From assembly GCA_000993565.1 (NCBI GenBank), contig LBWK01000002.1, forward strand, positions 160,620 to 224,619: DNA of 64,000 nucleotides. Reading direction: 5' to 3'. The position numbers and the translations under genes were made by a program. Source of the stretch: a candidate division WS6 bacterium GW2011_GWF2_39_15. Lineage in GTDB: Bacteria; Patescibacteriota; Dojkabacteria; SC72. The stretch's first letter is position 1. The number at the start of each line of letters is the position of its first letter. The notes beneath the pieces are model-generated. The model was given only the letters and a program-made list of their open reading frames with translations. It did not search any database and was not told the origin of the DNA. Below are positions 18,546 to 27,128 of this stretch, one piece after another.

Positions 18546-19013
18546 CTACTCTCCCTCTTTGAGAATAGTATATACTTTCTTTCCTCGAGGTGTCTCAACA
18601 GTTACTTTTGTATTGATTTTCTTTCCGACTAATGCCTTACCAAGAGGTGAATTGTGTGATACTTTGTTTTCAATCGGGTTGCTTTCGCTTTCACCGACTA
18701 TCGAAACAACCATCTTCTTGCCTTCATCATCAACAATTGTAACTGTATCACCAATCTCAACAGTGTTCTTTTTGTCGTTTTTTACGGTTTTAGCATTAGC
18801 AATCATGTTCTTAAGCTTCATTATTTCCGCTTCATTTGTTTTGCTGTCTTCAACGGCAAGAGAATATCCGTCGTTTTCACTTAGGTCACCCTGTGCACGC
18901 ATTTCTTCAAGAGTTTTTTGAATAAGGGATCTTTTTTCTGTCTCTCTATACTTTAATTCTTCTTTTAATTTCTTTAGCCCATCAGAGGTCACTAAATATT
19001 CATTTTTCATCAC
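18546..19013 (-). CDS. greA: transcription elongation factor GreA
   Basis: 155 aa. Has the coiled-coil tip RAQGDLSENDGY and a C-terminal FKBP-like domain (SHNSPLGKALVGKKINTKVTVETPRG). Confidence 0.9.
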   Translation of the reverse strand: MMKNEYLVTSDGLKKLKEELKYRETEKRSLIQKTLEEMRAQGDLSENDGYSLAVEDSKTNEAEIMKLKNMIANAKTVKNDKKNTVEIGDTVTIVDDEGKKMVVSIVGESESNPIENKVSHNSPLGKALVGKKINTKVTVETPRGKKVYTILKEGE

Positions 19014-19118
19014 ACTAATTGACTTAATAAATAAGCTTGGGGAGATAAATACAATGCTATAATCATATATCTTCTGGATTCTGATGTCAATTTCTGTTAA
19101 AATGGCCGTTGTTATTAA

Positions 19119-19193
19119 GCCGCTATCGTCTAACGGTTAGGACGTATGATTCTCAATCATGCAACCAGGGTTCGATTCCCTGTAGCGGCACCA
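19119..19193 (+). tRNA. tRNA-Glu (anticodon CUC), CCA encoded
   Basis: Manual fold. Acceptor GCCGCTA/TAGCGGC; D-arm CGTCTAACGGTTAGGACG; anticodon stem TATGA/TCATG with loop TTCTCAA; T-arm CAGGGTTCGATTCCCTG; then ACCA. Confidence 0.75.
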
Positions 19194-19203
19194 GCCCTCT
19201 AAG

Positions 19204-19869
19204 TTATAGTACTTGTGTATCAGGAATTTCTAGTACTCTTGCGATTCTATTTATAGCTTTAGGCATATTTCTTTTTCCCTGTCCCACTGGATAGTATGTC
19301 GGAAAAACCTGGTAATCGGATTTTATCTTTAGAAATTCATATTCGTCGTTTGGGTAGAGGCTTACACTTATTTGCTTTTTTAATAGGATAGAAGAGACTT
19401 GATTACCAAATGAAACTATTTTTTGAGGGGTTACCGCTTCGATCTCCTCGTAGACTAAATCCAAATAGTCTTTAAATACTTTGTTGTTTAAAGGTCTAGC
19501 ATTGCTTAAAGTGCATTTTGCAAGATTGGTTATATAAACCGAGTGCTCTGCAATACTTGTATAAACCTGATGTGCGAATTCCTTGTCCCATTGAGTTGGC
19601 TTTAATGCACTGATTTTGAAATAAAGAGAGGTATCCAGTAAATTAAGATCGTGGAAAATTTTCCATACTGGTTTTGTCCCGAGCCATGGAGCCCTTAATC
19701 CCTGCCAATTAGGGCTGCTTGCTATGTTTTTCCCTGTAGGATTCATAAATATAAACATGAGTTTGGGATGATTTGTCTCCCCCGCTCCATAAATTGATTT
19801 CAAATCCTGATCTCCGTACGTTACCTGCAGGTCATCAAATCTATCGTGCAAATTTAAGACTTGCTTCAT
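19204..19869 (-). CDS. uracil-DNA glycosylase superfamily protein (MUG/SMUG-like motif FMNPTG)
   Basis: LMFIFMNPTGKN resembles motif A of UDG families 2 and 3 (GINPG/GMNPG). Its size of 221 aa is appropriate. Confidence 0.5.
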   Translation of the reverse strand: MKQVLNLHDRFDDLQVTYGDQDLKSIYGAGETNHPKLMFIFMNPTGKNIASSPNWQGLRAPWLGTKPVWKIFHDLNLLDTSLYFKISALKPTQWDKEFAHQVYTSIAEHSVYITNLAKCTLSNARPLNNKVFKDYLDLVYEEIEAVTPQKIVSFGNQVSSILLKKQISVSLYPNDEYEFLKIKSDYQVFPTYYPVGQGKRNMPKAINRIARVLEIPDTQVL

Positions 19870-19923
19870 GCTTTATTTAATCTTTGATGTAATATTAAGC
19901 TGTTCTTTAGTATAATACTATTT

Positions 19924-20601
19924 ATGAAAATTGATATTATCACAATCTTCCCTCAACAAATAGAACAATATACAGAGTTTGGTATATTTCGTATTGCTAA
20001 AGAGAAGAAAGCTGTTGATATCAATGTCCACGACCTAAGGAAGTGGACAGATGATAATCACAAAACTATAGACGATAGGCCTTTTGGCGGGGGTGCAGGT
20101 ATGGTTATGAAAGTAGAGCCAGTCTATAAAGCGATTAATGAGCTTAAAAAGAAAGGCAGTATTGTAATTGCGACTACGCCACAGGGCAAGCCCCTAAAGC
20201 AGAAGATGCTTAGGGATTTATCTAAGGAGGTAGATTGTCACTACATATTCTTGTGCGGCCACTATGAGGGATTTGATCAGCGTATAATTGATAACCTTGT
20301 TGATATAGAAATCTCAATAGGTGACTATGTGCTTTCAGGTGGCGAGCTCCCGGTACTCACTATTATTGATGGTATATTAAGGCTTCTGCCTAATGTTCTT
20401 GGGAATGAACAGTCCTCAATAAACGAATCTTTCACTGAAAATACTCTGGAATATCCTCAATATACCCGTCCAGAAGAGTTTATGGGATGGAAAGTTCCTC
20501 CTGTTCTTCTCAAAGGCAATCACAGTCAGATAGCACTTTGGCGGGATCAAAAGGCTAAAGAGATCACTTTAAAAAAGAGACCGGATATTGTAAAATCATA
20601 G
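19924..20601 (+). CDS. trmD: tRNA (guanine37-N1)-methyltransferase
   Basis: KIDIITIFP...DDRPFGGGAGMVMK...GHYEGFDQR...SIGDYVLSGGE matches the SPOUT knot of TrmD. Confidence 0.9.
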   Translation: MKIDIITIFPQQIEQYTEFGIFRIAKEKKAVDINVHDLRKWTDDNHKTIDDRPFGGGAGMVMKVEPVYKAINELKKKGSIVIATTPQGKPLKQKMLRDLSKEVDCHYIFLCGHYEGFDQRIIDNLVDIEISIGDYVLSGGELPVLTIIDGILRLLPNVLGNEQSSINESFTENTLEYPQYTRPEEFMGWKVPPVLLKGNHSQIALWRDQKAKEITLKKRPDIVKS

Positions 20602-20681
20602 AAGTTATGATTTAATCCATCAGCTGATATCTGATCCTTAGCCCGACTTCAGGTATAAGGCTAAATTTATTATTTAGTCAC

Positions 20682-21149
20682 ATGATATTTGGCAGAAAAT
20701 ACAAGATCACTTCCCAAAAGAAGAAAGATCTGGAGAAGGAGCTGAACAAGCTTGAAACCAAGGGGAGAAGCGAAATTGCAGACAGACTTGATTTCATAAG
20801 GCAACAGCCTTCCGACGAAGATGATTATCCATTTGCAGACGTTTTAGATGATAAGGAATATCTTGAGAAAAGAATCTCTGAAATAAGAAGTATTTTGAGC
20901 AACTCACAAATAATAGATGATTTAAGCAAGCACTCTGTTGTTGAGGTAGGCTCAAAAGTGAAAGTCGGTTTTGAAGGTTTTGAGGAGGAGTATTTAATAG
21001 TTTCCTCTGTAGAAGCGGATCCTCTTTCTAAGAAGATTTCCGATGAATCCCCTGTTGGTAAGTCTCTTTTGGGGGCAAAGGTAGGTGATACTATTGAGGT
21101 ACAGCTTGGTCATTTACAAAAACAATTCAGAATCCTAAATATAAGTTAA
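20682..21149 (+). CDS. GreA/GreB-family paralog (divergent N-terminal coiled coil, conserved C-terminal FKBP-like domain)
   Basis: The C-terminus (ISDESPVGKSLLGAKVGDTIEV) matches the Gre C-domain. The N-terminal tip is acidic (DEDDY) but diverges from the GreA consensus. Confidence 0.7.
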   Translation: MIFGRKYKITSQKKKDLEKELNKLETKGRSEIADRLDFIRQQPSDEDDYPFADVLDDKEYLEKRISEIRSILSNSQIIDDLSKHSVVEVGSKVKVGFEGFEEEYLIVSSVEADPLSKKISDESPVGKSLLGAKVGDTIEVQLGHLQKQFRILNIS

Positions 21150-21170
21150 TTTATATATCATTAAAACAGA

Positions 21171-22511
21171 ATGGCAGAGATAACTATGTTTCCTTTTGAC
21201 TCAAGCTATCTTCCCAAAAGTGAGAGAGATACGTTGAAGATACTTGAAAAAGTAGGGGAACAAGTGCATAAGATATGGGAGAAACAGGTAAACCCTAAGA
21301 CAGGAGCAGTTTCTTTCTATCCTGATGATCTCAGCCGTGAAGAACTGATGGTAGCTGCCAAGAAGAACGCTAAGCTGCTCTCTCCTTATACAGTTGTCAA
21401 AAGAGACAAAAACAGGCATCTTCATGCCGTTAATTATAGAGAGGAGTATAAAAAGGAGCACGATAGAATCTGCGAACTTCTAACCCTTGCTACAAAGACT
21501 ACAAAAGAGAAGCGTCTATCCTGGTATCTGGGTCGAGTAAGCAGCCAGCTGGACAAAGGAGATTTTGATGGAGCTCTTAAAACATTCCTGACAATTCAAA
21601 ATACAAATATAGACGTTTTAATAGGTCCAATTGAATCATACAATGACAGCTTTATGGGGATAAAAAGGAGCTATCAGTACTCTCTTAGGGTACTTAGGAA
21701 CTACGAGACTCAGGAGGTTGAAGAGATGACTAAGATTGTGGGTAAACTCGGTATTCTTAAGCCTTCGAAATCTGTTGCTGCCAAACTTAAATCGGATAAG
21801 ATAAAGATAAGAGTCGATGATGTTTTAATGTTTGCAGGCAGGCAGGCAGGCAGCAGGCCGTCCAGTACAAACCTGCCTAATAATCCTGAATGGGTTGAGA
21901 AGTACGGAACTAAAATAGTTGTATATCACAACTCCCTCTTCTGGAAGTTTGAGACTCAGTTGAAGCAGTACTTGAAAACCGTTAAAAAGTTTGATGCAAA
22001 CAGAACGAAAGAGGCAATGTCACAGGCCAATTATAGATTGATTGTACTACACGAAATTGCAGAAGGAGTTGTAAAGTTTAGAGGTATGGAAAGAAGACTT
22101 GGAGAGTATATTGACGTTATTAGAGAGCTTAATGCTGACCTGTTTGGCGTCAGGAGTGCTAAATACCATGTTCTTAATGGTTTAATTTCATTAGAGCAGT
22201 ATAATGAGCTTTTGGTTGCCTTCCTGGTGTTTGCAATAAATGTCTGTCACAAAGCTAAGAAAGAAGCTTCTATTATGGTATATGCCAGAGGATTTTACCT
22301 GGCTTTTAATTACTTTGTTAAATCAAAAGCCATACTTCTTAAGAACGGCTTTATAACTATAGATTTTGCAAAACTCTCAGCAGATATTGATGTCGTTTCC
22401 AATATTATTGTAGGTCTTATGGAAAACGGTAACTCAGATGACGCCAGGAAACTGTTTGAGAGATGGGAAGATCCCACTATTGTGAATAAGCTTCCAAAGG
22501 TAGGGAAATAA
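21171..22511 (+). CDS. hypothetical protein (446 aa)
   Basis: Long ORF with no confident motif. Contains the GC-rich (GCAG)n tract. Confidence 0.45.
   Translation: MAEITMFPFDSSYLPKSERDTLKILEKVGEQVHKIWEKQVNPKTGAVSFYPDDLSREELMVAAKKNAKLLSPYTVVKRDKNRHLHAVNYREEYKKEHDRICELLTLATKTTKEKRLSWYLGRVSSQLDKGDFDGALKTFLTIQNTNIDVLIGPIESYNDSFMGIKRSYQYSLRVLRNYETQEVEEMTKIVGKLGILKPSKSVAAKLKSDKIKIRVDDVLMFAGRQAGSRPSSTNLPNNPEWVEKYGTKIVVYHNSLFWKFETQLKQYLKTVKKFDANRTKEAMSQANYRLIVLHEIAEGVVKFRGMERRLGEYIDVIRELNADLFGVRSAKYHVLNGLISLEQYNELLVAFLVFAINVCHKAKKEASIMVYARGFYLAFNYFVKSKAILLKNGFITIDFAKLSADIDVVSNIIVGLMENGNSDDARKLFERWEDPTIVNKLPKVGK
21834..21858. repeat. (GCAG)4-5 tetranucleotide microsatellite inside a CDS
   Basis: The sequence reads gcaggcaggcaggcaggcagcaggc. 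It is GC-rich, which is unusual for this genome. Confidence 0.8.
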
Positions 22512-22543
22512 TTATAAGGGAGTCACTTCCCTTTCTTATTCTA

Positions 22544-22879
22544 ATGAAAAGACTAATCTGGAAAACTTTTCTAACAGTCGTTTTCCTTCTTGTCGGAATT
22601 CATTTTGTCAAAGATATTACTCAAGACATACTTTCTCTTGATACATTTCTAAATAAATTTGGGGATATCAACGAAAATATTACAAAGTTTCCTGAGTGGT
22701 TGGTTTGGTTTTATCATTGGGCAATGGTGAATACGTTTTTTGGGGAGATACTGATTCTTCTTTGTATACCTAAGTCATATATGAGAAAGAAGTTCGAATG
22801 GAAAAGAGAAGAGAAAATTATTGTGGGTACTCTTCTTTATATTGTTGTGATGTTTACGGTAGCTTATTTCTTAAGCTGA
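22544..22879 (+). CDS. small membrane protein (111 aa), function unknown
   Basis: Three hydrophobic segments. Confidence 0.45.
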   Translation: MKRLIWKTFLTVVFLLVGIHFVKDITQDILSLDTFLNKFGDINENITKFPEWLVWFYHWAMVNTFFGEILILLCIPKSYMRKKFEWKREEKIIVGTLLYIVVMFTVAYFLS

Positions 22880-24159
22880 GATTCTAATTCTTCAATCCTG
22901 ACTCGTATTTGTTCCATAGTATCTCTATCTCGAACCGTTACGGTATTGTCTTCCAGTGTTTGGTAATCAATAGTGATACACTTAGGTGTTCCAATTTCGT
23001 CTTGGTATCTATACCTTTTACCAATATTACCTCTATCGTCCCACATAACCTTCATGTTCTTTCTGAGACTTTCGTAAACCTCTCGTGCCTTTCCTGTCAA
23101 CTCTTCTTTGTTTCCGACCAGTGGGAACACAGCTGCTTTGTATGCCGCTATTTCAGGCTTTATCTTCAAAACAGTTCTGACCTCTCCGTTCTCTAACTTT
23201 TCTTCTTCATAAGCATCAAAGAGCATAAAAAGGAAGGTTCGGTCTACACCACCTGAAGTCTCTACTATCCATGGGATATATTTCTCATTGGTTATTGGGT
23301 CTGTATAGGAAAGATCTTTTCCTGAGAACTTACTATGTTGCGTTAGATCATAATCGCTTCTCCAGTGTATTCCTTCGTTTTCTGCCCATCCCCAAGGAGC
23401 GAGATATTCAATATCGTAGGCATCTTTTGCATAGAAAATGAGCTTCTCCTTAGGGTGCTGATAGAATCTCAAGTTCTCTGATTTCCTGTAGAGATCTTTA
23501 AAGAAAGACATCCTTTGCTCCTTCCAATACTCAAACCATTTTGCCATATCATCCGGATGTACAAAGAACTGAAGGTCCCACTGCTCAAACTCCCTTGTCC
23601 TAAATGTGAATTTATTAGGAGTGATTTCATTTCTAAATGCTTTACCTATCTGAGCTATACCAAAGGGAACCTTAACTCTTGAAGAATCAACAACATTTTT
23701 AAAATCTAGGTAGATAGTCTGACAGGCTTCACCTCTTAAATATGCCTGCACCTTATCACCTTCAATCACACCTATCTCAGTTTTGAAGAGCATGTTGTAT
23801 TTTCTTGACTCTGTGAAATCTATACTCCCGCATTTAGGACACTTCCCTTCAATATCCTCCGGTCTAAATCGCTGATGGCACTTTTTGCATTCGATTACTT
23901 CATCGGCAAATCCTGTCACATGGCCTGACGCTTCCCATACCTTTGGATGAGTGATAATAGTTCCATCGATACCTACGACGTCATCTCTGTCATCAACCAT
24001 AAACTTCCACCAATGTCTTTTGAGATTGTTCTTCATCTCAACACCTATAGGTCCGTAATCATAGAATCCTCCTATACCCCCGTAGATTTCAGAGTTTGGG
24101 AAAAGTATTCCTCTCCTTTTAGAGAGAGATGTAACTTTAGATAGAAGGTCTTGTTCCAT
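22864..24159 (-). CDS. glyQS: glycine--tRNA ligase, alpha2 (GlyQS/archaeal-eukaryal) type
   Basis: N-terminus RRGILFPNSEIYGGIGGFYDYGPIG. The KAFRNE motif (FRTREFEQ) marks class II. There is a C-terminal anticodon-binding domain. The size of 431 aa fits the GlyQS type. Confidence 0.88.
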   Translation of the reverse strand: MEQDLLSKVTSLSKRRGILFPNSEIYGGIGGFYDYGPIGVEMKNNLKRHWWKFMVDDRDDVVGIDGTIITHPKVWEASGHVTGFADEVIECKKCHQRFRPEDIEGKCPKCGSIDFTESRKYNMLFKTEIGVIEGDKVQAYLRGEACQTIYLDFKNVVDSSRVKVPFGIAQIGKAFRNEITPNKFTFRTREFEQWDLQFFVHPDDMAKWFEYWKEQRMSFFKDLYRKSENLRFYQHPKEKLIFYAKDAYDIEYLAPWGWAENEGIHWRSDYDLTQHSKFSGKDLSYTDPITNEKYIPWIVETSGGVDRTFLFMLFDAYEEEKLENGEVRTVLKIKPEIAAYKAAVFPLVGNKEELTGKAREVYESLRKNMKVMWDDRGNIGKRYRYQDEIGTPKCITIDYQTLEDNTVTVRDRDTMEQIRVRIEELESQLKK

Positions 24160-24298
24160 ATAAAAAATCCTAATATAACTGGGAAAGTATAACTAAAATT
24201 ACATCTGTTTTCAAATTAATTCCCTTAATTTGACATCTTCCTTTACCTTTTTACGCTCGGGGAGTACAAATAAATAGCTAATATCAAGAAAGGAGGTA

Positions 24299-24850
24299 AT
24301 GACGCAGAAACCGTTAAATATACAACGGGAAATACCTACTACCACTGCTCGATTCCAAGACTTCCTGTTCCAACTCCAGGCAATGCAGGACTATATTTTT
24401 AATGATTCGGCAATCACGAACTTTGTTGAGCACGGGGTTATAGATCATTCCGGACGGTTAAGAAGAATGTTTGAAATAATATCTGATTTGCGCTGGAGGG
24501 AAGGACAAAGAATAGATCGTGTAATGTATTGTTTCTGTGAAGACGGGGACAATAATATTTTTATTATTAAAGGCAGGAAAGACACAAGATGCTATGCTTT
24601 TTATACCGATAAAGATAAGATTTTCAACATGGCGATTGCAAATACACTTCCGGATTTCTGCTTTGAAGACTTTGCTATTGCTTTACAGCAGGCTGAGCGA
24701 AAAGAAAGAGTCTTGGCAGATTACCAGGGGCAAAGAATTGAGGCATTCAAACTCGTTAGGTTAAGTGAGAGCGGTATTATTAGTGCGGTTGACAGTGAAA
24801 GCCTCTCGGAGGTAATCATCCCGCGTTACCTAACTGCGGTCGCCGACTAA
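24299..24850 (+). CDS. hypothetical protein (183 aa)
   Basis: ORF with a strong RBS (AAGGAGGT). No motif recognised. Confidence 0.45.
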   Translation: MTQKPLNIQREIPTTTARFQDFLFQLQAMQDYIFNDSAITNFVEHGVIDHSGRLRRMFEIISDLRWREGQRIDRVMYCFCEDGDNNIFIIKGRKDTRCYAFYTDKDKIFNMAIANTLPDFCFEDFAIALQQAERKERVLADYQGQRIEAFKLVRLSESGIISAVDSESLSEVIIPRYLTAVAD

Positions 24851-24912
24851 GATATTTTCCTTACTTTTGGGAAGTAGTATACTTGTAGTATATAACTTAC
24901 TTTTTAATTCCT

Positions 24913-25431
24913 ATGCCACAAAAGAAAAAGGCTGAGAAACAGCAGACGGATACAGGACACACAGCGTCATCGAAGAGACTTTACAGATCGAGAACGGATA
25001 AAATGATTGGAGGCGTGTGCGGTGGACTTGGAGAGTATTTTAATATAGATTCAACGCTCATCAGGATTATATTTGCACTTCTGCTTGTTACAGGTGGCTC
25101 GGGTTTTTTAATATACGTAGTTTTGTGGGTTGTAATTCCGGAAGAAGGGAGTACCCAGAAGAATTCAGAAGAGGTTATTAAAGATAATAGCCGGGAGATA
25201 GAAGAAAAGGTAAAATCGGTTGCACAGGGTTTTGAAGGATTTACCAAAGAAAGAAACACTAAAGTATGGATCGGCATAGTAATTATATTTGTAGGCATAT
25301 ATCTCACGCTTGGGAGTTTAGGACTTTCTCGATTTTTTGATTTGGGTTGGTACATATCAAAATTATGGCCGCTATTTATCATCCTCTTAGGAGTACTAAT
25401 TTTAGTAAGGAATTCAGATGGAAAAAAGTAA
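24913..25431 (+). CDS. pspC: PspC-domain membrane protein
   Basis: RLYRSRTDKMIGGVCGGLGEYFNIDSTLIRIIFALLLVTGGSGFLIYVVLWVVIP matches the PspC domain. Confidence 0.85.
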   Translation: MPQKKKAEKQQTDTGHTASSKRLYRSRTDKMIGGVCGGLGEYFNIDSTLIRIIFALLLVTGGSGFLIYVVLWVVIPEEGSTQKNSEEVIKDNSREIEEKVKSVAQGFEGFTKERNTKVWIGIVIIFVGIYLTLGSLGLSRFFDLGWYISKLWPLFIILLGVLILVRNSDGKK

Positions 25432-26395
25432 AACTACGGAAAGAATCTCCGGAGCTATTTTCTTGATCTTTATTGGGTTTCTCTTCTTGATGATTAATCT
25501 GGGCTATTTTTCATTTAGCGATCTCTTTACCTTTTTCTTTGCTATCTGGCCGATTTTTATTGTAATTATTGGTATTAAAATAATACTGAGCATTTTACCT
25601 TTTGGCCGGTGGATCAATATAGTAATTGATGTGGTTGTTGATATCGCTATAATAATGGCTTTAATACTCGGATATAATGCGAAAATCAACTGGAAGATTC
25701 CCGATGTAGTTGTTATCGGGAATGCGGCAGACCAGAAAGATATTAATGGGACGTTAGATGTAAAAAAGAGTGAGTATTCTGAAGTGGAAAGAGTCAATTA
25801 TGTATTTGAAATAGGAGTGGCGGAGTTTTCAATTCATGAATCGAATCAGGATGACTACCTTCTAACCACCGGTGAATATAACAAAAGAATTTTCTCTCCT
25901 GAAGTTAAATCCGAGAAGTCAGGTAATAACCTAGATATTGAGTTTACTCAGAAAAGTACAAGAGGAACAGTGATTCACCCTTGGAGAATAATTACAGACT
26001 TCAAATTCAAGACAGCGTCTCTGTTGCCGTTTACATACGATATTAAAGTTGGTGCTGGAAAAGGTGAAGTAGATATCAACTCTGACAATGTTGAGGAGAT
26101 GAAGATGGATGTTGGTGCTGGTGAAATGGTTGTTAATATAAACGAGAAGGTAGGAAGTGATCTGGATCTGAATGTTGGAGCAGGGAAAGTTAAAATCTTT
26201 CTTCCGAAAGGATCGGGTTATATTATTGACTACAATGTAGGTGTCGGTGATCTCTCGGTATTTAGAAATAAGGAGAAGAAGTCGGTAGGAGGATTAGGAA
26301 ATAAAGGAACGATTAAGGTTAATGACAACGCAGAAAAACTTCTAAAAATGGATATAAATATTGGTGCAGGAAGTGTTGAGATTGAAGAGAGATAG
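25418..26395 (+). CDS. LiaF/YvqF-like protein (N-terminal TM helices, C-terminal DUF4097-like beta-repeat 'putative adhesin' domain)
   Basis: Four TM segments, then repeated VGAG(K)xxV/I motifs (VGAGKGEVDIN, VGAGEMVVNIN, VGAGKVKIFLP, NIGAGSVEIEE). Overlaps pspC by 14 nt. Confidence 0.65.
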   Translation: MEKSKTTERISGAIFLIFIGFLFLMINLGYFSFSDLFTFFFAIWPIFIVIIGIKIILSILPFGRWINIVIDVVVDIAIIMALILGYNAKINWKIPDVVVIGNAADQKDINGTLDVKKSEYSEVERVNYVFEIGVAEFSIHESNQDDYLLTTGEYNKRIFSPEVKSEKSGNNLDIEFTQKSTRGTVIHPWRIITDFKFKTASLLPFTYDIKVGAGKGEVDINSDNVEEMKMDVGAGEMVVNINEKVGSDLDLNVGAGKVKIFLPKGSGYIIDYNVGVGDLSVFRNKEKKSVGGLGNKGTIKVNDNAEKLLKMDINIGAGSVEIEER

Positions 26396-26470
26396 CCGGA
26401 TAGAAGTGTCCCTAATACCTGATATTTACTAAAGGCCTTTTATCTTGCCTAGTTAGGATCGTATCTATCT

Positions 26471-26812
26471 TTGTTGGAGCCTCTGTCTGAATTGTGTTCA
26501 TCTGCATTTAATCTCGATGGTTTACAATATAAAATATCTAACTTATCATCTACCTATATGTTAACCAAAAAAGATATTCAAATTCTAAGAGAGGTGTTTT
26601 TTGAGCCGATAGATAAACAGTTTCAAGAAATTCGGGATATATTAAGAGATCATAACCAAAGAATAATGAGCCTTCAGGATACCATTGTAGGAATTGATCA
26701 GTATTTAAACGGTGAACTCAAACTACTGCTTCGATCTATTGAAAACAATTTGAATAGACATGAACTTATGATTCAGAATCATGAGAAAAGACTGAAGGCT
26801 ATTAATGCTTAA
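26471..26812 (+). CDS. hypothetical coiled-coil protein (113 aa)
   Basis: ORF only. Confidence 0.4.
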   Translation: MLEPLSELCSSAFNLDGLQYKISNLSSTYMLTKKDIQILREVFFEPIDKQFQEIRDILRDHNQRIMSLQDTIVGIDQYLNGELKLLLRSIENNLNRHELMIQNHEKRLKAINA

Positions 26813-26835
26813 ATATTTTCATTCCTTCTTCTTAG

Positions 26836-26844
26836 TGCTATAAT
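26836..26844 (+). promoter_or_regulatory. extended -10 promoter (TGcTATAAT) for the lysS T-box leader
   Basis: TGnTATAAT consensus immediately upstream of the leader. Confidence 0.5.
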
Positions 26845-26845
26845 C

Positions 26846-27105
26846 CCGTTTAATACGCTGAAGAGGAAAGGTACTTCGAGAGTATTTAAGTGAACCCTGT
26901 TAAGTGTAAAAGGGTAATACTAAGAAGAGATCTCAAGACCTCTGAGTATCAGGAAGATCCCGCTAGTCTATAGAAATAGAGGGGGTAGAACCTGACGTGT
27001 CACTTACGATACAGAGTAGGAATGAGAGCAAAAGAAGGTGGTACCGTGTTATATACACCCTTCATAAGTATTCTTGACTGAATATTTATGAGGGGTGTTT
27101 TTGTA
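26846..27105 (+). promoter_or_regulatory. T-box riboswitch leader upstream of lysS
   Basis: The conserved T-box sequence AAGAAGGUGGUACCGUG (27034-27048) matches the AAnnnGGGUGGNACCGCG consensus. It overlaps a terminator hairpin ACACCCTTCATAA...TTATGAGGGGTG+TTTTT at 27055-27102, an antiterminator/terminator arrangement. The upstream stem-I region has an AGAGA-type motif, and a possible Lys specifier lies in ...GUAAAAGGG... Confidence 0.7.
27055..27102 (+). terminator. T-box leader terminator hairpin with T-run
   Basis: 12-nt inverted repeat followed by TTTTT, about 27 nt upstream of the lysS start. Confidence 0.65.
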
Positions 27106-27128
27106 TTTAACATATTATATAAATAACT

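Noticed and set aside
19109-19294. 61-aa ORF on the + strand overlapping tRNA-Glu
   Set aside because: Entirely explained by the tRNA gene and its flank. Low-complexity translation.
20602-20681. 10-bp perfect palindrome ATCAGCTGAT after trmD
   Set aside because: No loop, so it cannot form a terminator hairpin. Possibly a protein-binding site, but there is no supporting evidence.
22516-22540. Hairpin AAGGGA-GTCACT-TCCCTT followed by T-rich sequence downstream of the 446-aa ORF
   Set aside because: Plausible weak terminator, but the stem is short and the T-run is interrupted. Not listed as a feature.
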